Assembly (NCBI GenBank): GCA_963805625.1
Contig: CAWDVE010000021.1
Location: forward strand, 128,001 to 192,000
DNA: 64,000 bases
Source: an uncultured Candidatus Rokubacteria bacterium
GTDB lineage: Bacteria; Methylomirabilota; Methylomirabilia; Rokubacteriales; DASRDR01
Direction of reading: 5' to 3'
In this document: one piece after another, positions 62,715 to 64,000 of the stretch
Layout of the letters: every line of letters starts with the position of its first letter
How positions within the stretch are numbered: the first letter of the stretch is position 1
Notes under the pieces: generated by a model
Databases searched by the model: none
What the model saw: the letters and a program-made list of their open reading frames with translations, nothing else
Told to the model about the DNA's origin: nothing
Made by a program: the position numbers and the translations under genes

Positions 62715-64000
62715 TCACGGCAGGAGCTGCGCGACCGCGCTCTGGGCCATTGCCAGGACCGGGCCGGGCCAGAGGCCCAGCTGAAGCGTGACCCAGGCCG
62801 ACATCAGGAGGGCGATCGACGCCACCGGGGTGACGAGCGCGGTGGTCGGCGTCCCCTCCGGCTCCCGCATGTACATGTAGACGATGAGCCGGAGGTAGTA
62901 GTAGGCCGCCACGACGGAGTTCAGGACCGCGATCACCGCGAGCCCCACGAGCCCCCGCTGGATGGCCGCGCTGAACAGGTAGAACTTCCCGACGAACCCG
63001 GCCGTCGGCGGCATCCCGATCAGGGCCAGCAGGAACAGCGTGAGCCCGAACGCCAGCATCGGGCGCCGCGCGCCCAGACCGCCGTAGGCGGCGAGGTCGA
63101 CGGCCTCCTCCCCGTCGCGCTCGAGGAGCAGGATCGTGCCGAACGCGCCCACCGACGCGACGGCGTAGACGCCCAAGTAGAAGAGCACCGCCGGCGCCCC
63201 GGGATAGAGGCCCGCCGCGAGCCCGACGAGCATGTAGCCGACGTGGGCCACCGACGAGTAGGCCAGGAGGCGCTTGACGTTCGACTGGACCAGCGCCACC
63301 ACGTTGCCCACCGTCATCGTGAGGGCGGCGAGCACCCACAGCGCCATCACCCAGTCCGCCTGGAGCGGGCGCATGGCGACCAGAACGCGGAGGAGCGCCC
63401 CGACGGCCGCGGCCTTCGAGCCCGTGGCGATGAGCGCCGCGACGGTGGTCGGCGCACCCTGGTAGACGTCGGGCGCCCACTGGTGGAAGGGCACCGCGGA
63501 GGTCTTGAACCCGAACCCGACGAGAAGGAGCGCCAGGCCCGCGAGGACCATCGGGTTCCGGGCCGCGCCCGGCGCCGCCAGCGCCACGCCGAGACGCCCG
63601 AGGTTGGTCGTGCCCGTCGCGCCGTAGAGGAGCGCGATCCCGTACAGGAAGAAGCCGCTCGCGAAGGCGCCGAGGAGGAAGTACTTCAGCGCGGCCTCGT
63701 TGCCCTCGGGTCGGGTCCGGAAGCTGCCGGCCAGAACGTAGAGGGACAGGGACATGAGCTCGAGGGCAAGGAAGATGACGAGGAGGTCCGTCCCGGCCGC
63801 CATCAGCATCATGCCGACGGTGGCGAAGAGGATCAGCGCGTAGTACTCGCCGGGCTCCACGCCGAGACGCGGCAGATACCCGACCGAGAGGAGCAGGATC
63901 AGGGCGGTCGCCCCGCCGATGATCACGTTCAGGAAGAGCGCGAAGCCGTCCGCGACCAGCATCCCCTGGAAGCTGGTCGCGGGGCCACCCCAAAGGAGGA
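62715..64000 (-). CDS. nuoN: NADH-quinone oxidoreductase subunit N (3' part, starts beyond window)
   Basis: ALELMSL, EAALKYF, GFKTSAVPFHQWAPDVYQGAP, KRLLAYSSVAH, GMPPTAGF.GK, YYYLR. Confidence 0.95.
   Translation of the reverse strand, partial: LLWGGPATSFQGMLVADGFALFLNVIIGGATALILLLSVGYLPRLGVEPGEYYALILFATVGMMLMAAGTDLLVIFLALELMSLSLYVLAGSFRTRPEGNEAALKYFLLGAFASGFFLYGIALLYGATGTTNLGRLGVALAAPGAARNPMVLAGLALLLVGFGFKTSAVPFHQWAPDVYQGAPTTVAALIATGSKAAAVGALLRVLVAMRPLQADWVMALWVLAALTMTVGNVVALVQSNVKRLLAYSSVAHVGYMLVGLAAGLYPGAPAVLFYLGVYAVASVGAFGTILLLERDGEEAVDLAAYGGLGARRPMLAFGLTLFLLALIGMPPTAGFVGKFYLFSAAIQRGLVGLAVIAVLNSVVAAYYYLRLIVYMYMREPEGTPTTALVTPVASIALLMSAWVTLQLGLWPGPVLAMAQSAVAQLLP

Overview
Very GC-rich bacterial chromosome segment of mostly core genes, almost all on the minus strand. 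The gene order is most like Methylomirabilota/Rokubacteria or deltaproteobacteria-like Gracilicutes (inference). In transcription order (right to left): nuoN (partial), ridA; a glycerol/glycerophosphodiester cluster (HAD-IIA, glpD, frameshifted ugpB, ugpA, ugpE, lipoprotein, GDPD, glpK); an Fe3+/AfuA-type ABC operon with an embedded di-heme cytochrome c; a three-gene plus-strand island (two signal-less HtrA-like proteases and a LuxR pseudo-receiver); atpZ-I-B-E-rex-mfd-surA; rho-rpmE-prfA-prmC-murA-hisGDBHAF(IE); lipoprotein-mlaE-mlaF-mlaD; radA-PIN/TRAM-ispD-ispF-cysS-rlmB; then tRNA-Thr/Tyr/Gly/Thr-tuf-rpmG-tRNA-Trp-secE-nusG-rplKAJL-rpoBC-rpsLG-fusA-tuf-rpsJ-rplC. No CRISPR, rRNA or mobile element was seen. 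The best candidates for novelty are the protease/LuxR island, the cytochrome inside the ABC importer, a Rex-like operator over the atp-rex-mfd promoter, probable CTG start codons and a leaderless promoter with adjacent repeats and structure. All calls were made by eye, without database searches.
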